From assembly GCA_040260805.1 (NCBI GenBank), contig JBDQPD010000025.1, forward strand, positions 1 to 38,610: a stretch of DNA of 38,610 nucleotides. The letters are read 5' to 3'. Positions 36,920-38,610 of this stretch are shown here, one piece after another. This DNA comes from Myxococcota bacterium (GTDB lineage Bacteria > Myxococcota > UBA4151). A program made the translations under genes and the position numbers. Under the pieces are notes generated by a model. It did not search any database. It had not been told where the DNA came from and was given only the letters and a program-made list of their open reading frames with translations. Position 1 is the stretch's first letter, and each line of letters starts with the position of its first letter.

Positions 36920-37828
36920 ATGCGGGTTTGGATCGTTTCAACTTTGATTTTAAGTGCCTGTTCGACGCCGTCAGGTTCAGCGCCCGATGCGACCACACCG
37001 GCTCCACGTGATGCCGGGGGCACTGCTCAAGACGCTGCAAGGATGCACCCAGATGCGGGCGCCCTGCCGGGCCAAAACAGCGAACTTGAAGCGCTGCTCA
37101 AGCCCCACTTTGCCCACATCTACCGCATCGGTGGGTTCTACGTCGTGGGCACCGACGAGCCCCCACTTGAGACCGATCAGCGCTCCGCAACGGGCGAGCA
37201 AGTGGTCGAGCAAGCCGCGCGTTTGTTTGTCTCTTTGCTCGACGCCAACGACGACGGCGCCGTTGACGATCAAGCGCAACTCGACGCGCTCGCCGAACGG
37301 TTCGTCTTTGCCGTCGGACACCACCGAACGCTCGAGCCGCTCGAGCAGAGCATTGATCGCCAAAGCGGTCGCTACGTGATGTCGATGAAGAGCGACATCT
37401 GGCCGTATATGCCGAGCTGGAACGGGACCGGGTTTACGCTCACCGCGCTGCGCTCATCGATGTGGCGCCCAGCGCGCATGAGCGCTCTTTGGGAGGAGGT
37501 TTTTCATACCTACACTGAAGCCATGGCGAGTCGTTTAGAAGCCTGGAACTTTGAGCCCGGATCGCCGCTTGGGCGAGCCATGCAAGACGACATCAACGCG
37601 GGTGACTACGACACCGAAGAGCAAAACCGCGAAGAGAGCGGGGACTACGACGTTCGCACCGCAGCCAACGAATACCTGCACCAAATCTGGGTGATTCAAA
37701 AAGGGGGTCTCGCCGAGGTTTTGTCCCAACCGCAACAGCGCGTCTTGAGCCTGATGCGCGACCAGCCCGGGTACCCGATGACCATGGATAAGGACGCTGC
37801 GCTGACCCTCGCAGCGCAGGTCCAATAA
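36920..37828 (+). CDS. Hypothetical lipoprotein, possible divergent metalloprotein
   Basis: Lipobox LSAC, PDA/DAG linker, EF-hand-like DANDDGAVDD, WEEVFH and ANEYLH motifs. Confidence 0.65.
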   Translation: MRVWIVSTLILSACSTPSGSAPDATTPAPRDAGGTAQDAARMHPDAGALPGQNSELEALLKPHFAHIYRIGGFYVVGTDEPPLETDQRSATGEQVVEQAARLFVSLLDANDDGAVDDQAQLDALAERFVFAVGHHRTLEPLEQSIDRQSGRYVMSMKSDIWPYMPSWNGTGFTLTALRSSMWRPARMSALWEEVFHTYTEAMASRLEAWNFEPGSPLGRAMQDDINAGDYDTEEQNREESGDYDVRTAANEYLHQIWVIQKGGLAEVLSQPQQRVLSLMRDQPGYPMTMDKDAALTLAAQVQ

Positions 37829-37837
37829 GATAAGGCT

Positions 37838-38608
37838 TCAGTCCGACAGCTCGCACTGGGCAGAGCAGCCGTCACCGTCGAGTTCGTTGCCGTCATCGCA
37901 GGCTTCAAGCTCGGTGCGTTCTCCATCACCGCAGACGCTGCGGCAGTCGATGGGGCAGTCGTCGTCGTGCCTGAGGTTGCCGTCATCGCAGCGCTCACCG
38001 TCGTCGAGCACCCCATCCCCGCAACGCGGGGCGGCGCGCTGCGGAGTCCAGATGATCCAGCCGTCGATGGTGTTGAGCAGCAACGACTCGTGATGGTCGC
38101 CATCAAAGGCTATCTTTTGACGGTAAACGCCTGGCATGGCGTGGCGCGTCAGCTCATCGGCTTGGCGCCCGCTCAGGTCCAGCCGGTAGCTGTTGCGGTA
38201 GCCGTTCCACACCCAGTCTCCCTCCACCGCTAAAGCGCCGTAAGACTGCGGCGCGTAGAAGCCGCTGTAGAACGGGGGCTGCCACGCCGTGCGCGCTTGA
38301 TTTTGGTTCCCAACCCCCGTGTGGTTCGCCAGCGCGTGGCTCTCCGAGAGGAGCTGACCGGTGGCGGGGTCGAGCAAGAGCGTGGTCCGGTATTGCGGTC
38401 CGCGGTCGATGTTTCGGTGCAAGCTCACTAACAACGCGCCGCTCGCTAAAAACTGCACGCCCGAGATCGTGCCCTCGCCGGCGAGGACCCGTCGGGGCAG
38501 CGCCGTGTCCACCACCCGGTCGAGCTGTCGATCCCAGATCTGTAAGGTCGGTCCGTTGTAGGCATGGCAAGCGATGAAGCGCCCTTGAGGGTCTAGCCCG
38601 CAACGGTT
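37838..38608 (-). CDS. Beta-propeller-like protein with C-terminal myxobacterial Cys-rich repeats (5' partial)
   Basis: The frame is open to the window end (NRCGLDPQGRFIACHAYNGPTLQIWDR...), giving WD-like blades. Two CGDG...CDDGN repeats at the C terminus. Confidence 0.72.
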   Translation of the reverse strand, partial: NRCGLDPQGRFIACHAYNGPTLQIWDRQLDRVVDTALPRRVLAGEGTISGVQFLASGALLVSLHRNIDRGPQYRTTLLLDPATGQLLSESHALANHTGVGNQNQARTAWQPPFYSGFYAPQSYGALAVEGDWVWNGYRNSYRLDLSGRQADELTRHAMPGVYRQKIAFDGDHHESLLLNTIDGWIIWTPQRAAPRCGDGVLDDGERCDDGNLRHDDDCPIDCRSVCGDGERTELEACDDGNELDGDGCSAQCELSD

Positions 38609-38610
38609 GC

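Overview
Gene-dense chromosomal window from what is most likely a Myxococcota-type bacterium. The evidence is a MYXO-CTERM sorting tail, three proteins with myxobacterial CGDG..E.CDDGN Cys-rich repeats, a PilZ protein and many lipoproteins; spot counts suggest GC near 60%. Housekeeping and metabolic genes include etfA with an FeS/CCG membrane oxidoreductase, plsC, mutM, glutamine synthetase III, thiolase, 3-hydroxyacyl-CoA dehydrogenase, aldehyde dehydrogenase, metF, bolA, uvrD/pcrA and an MsrB-MsrA fusion. These are interleaved with large modular surface proteins: a PPC/CARDB MYXO-CTERM protein, an Ig-like Ca-binding lipoprotein, a tandem OB-fold lipoprotein, an RCC1 lipoprotein, a PNGase F-like lipoprotein and a beta-propeller protein. 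The strongest candidates for undescribed biology are: (1) a translationally coupled five-gene operon (thiolase, short LeuA-family enzyme, tiny conserved protein, DUF6982-like protein, PmtA-like methyltransferase) behind a perfect palindrome; (2) an ETF alpha subunit with an in-frame (AAAEPE)n tandem-repeat N-terminal extension; (3) a set of Cys-rich-stalk surface proteins with interchangeable heads, including a PNGase with a repeat inserted inside its catalytic half; (4) a FadR-box-like operator plus a long hairpin upstream of GSIII. I saw no rRNA, tRNA, CRISPR array or mobile element. The supplied ORF track mislabels 24682..25344, which is on the + strand. Family assignments come from motif recognition only, not from database searches.
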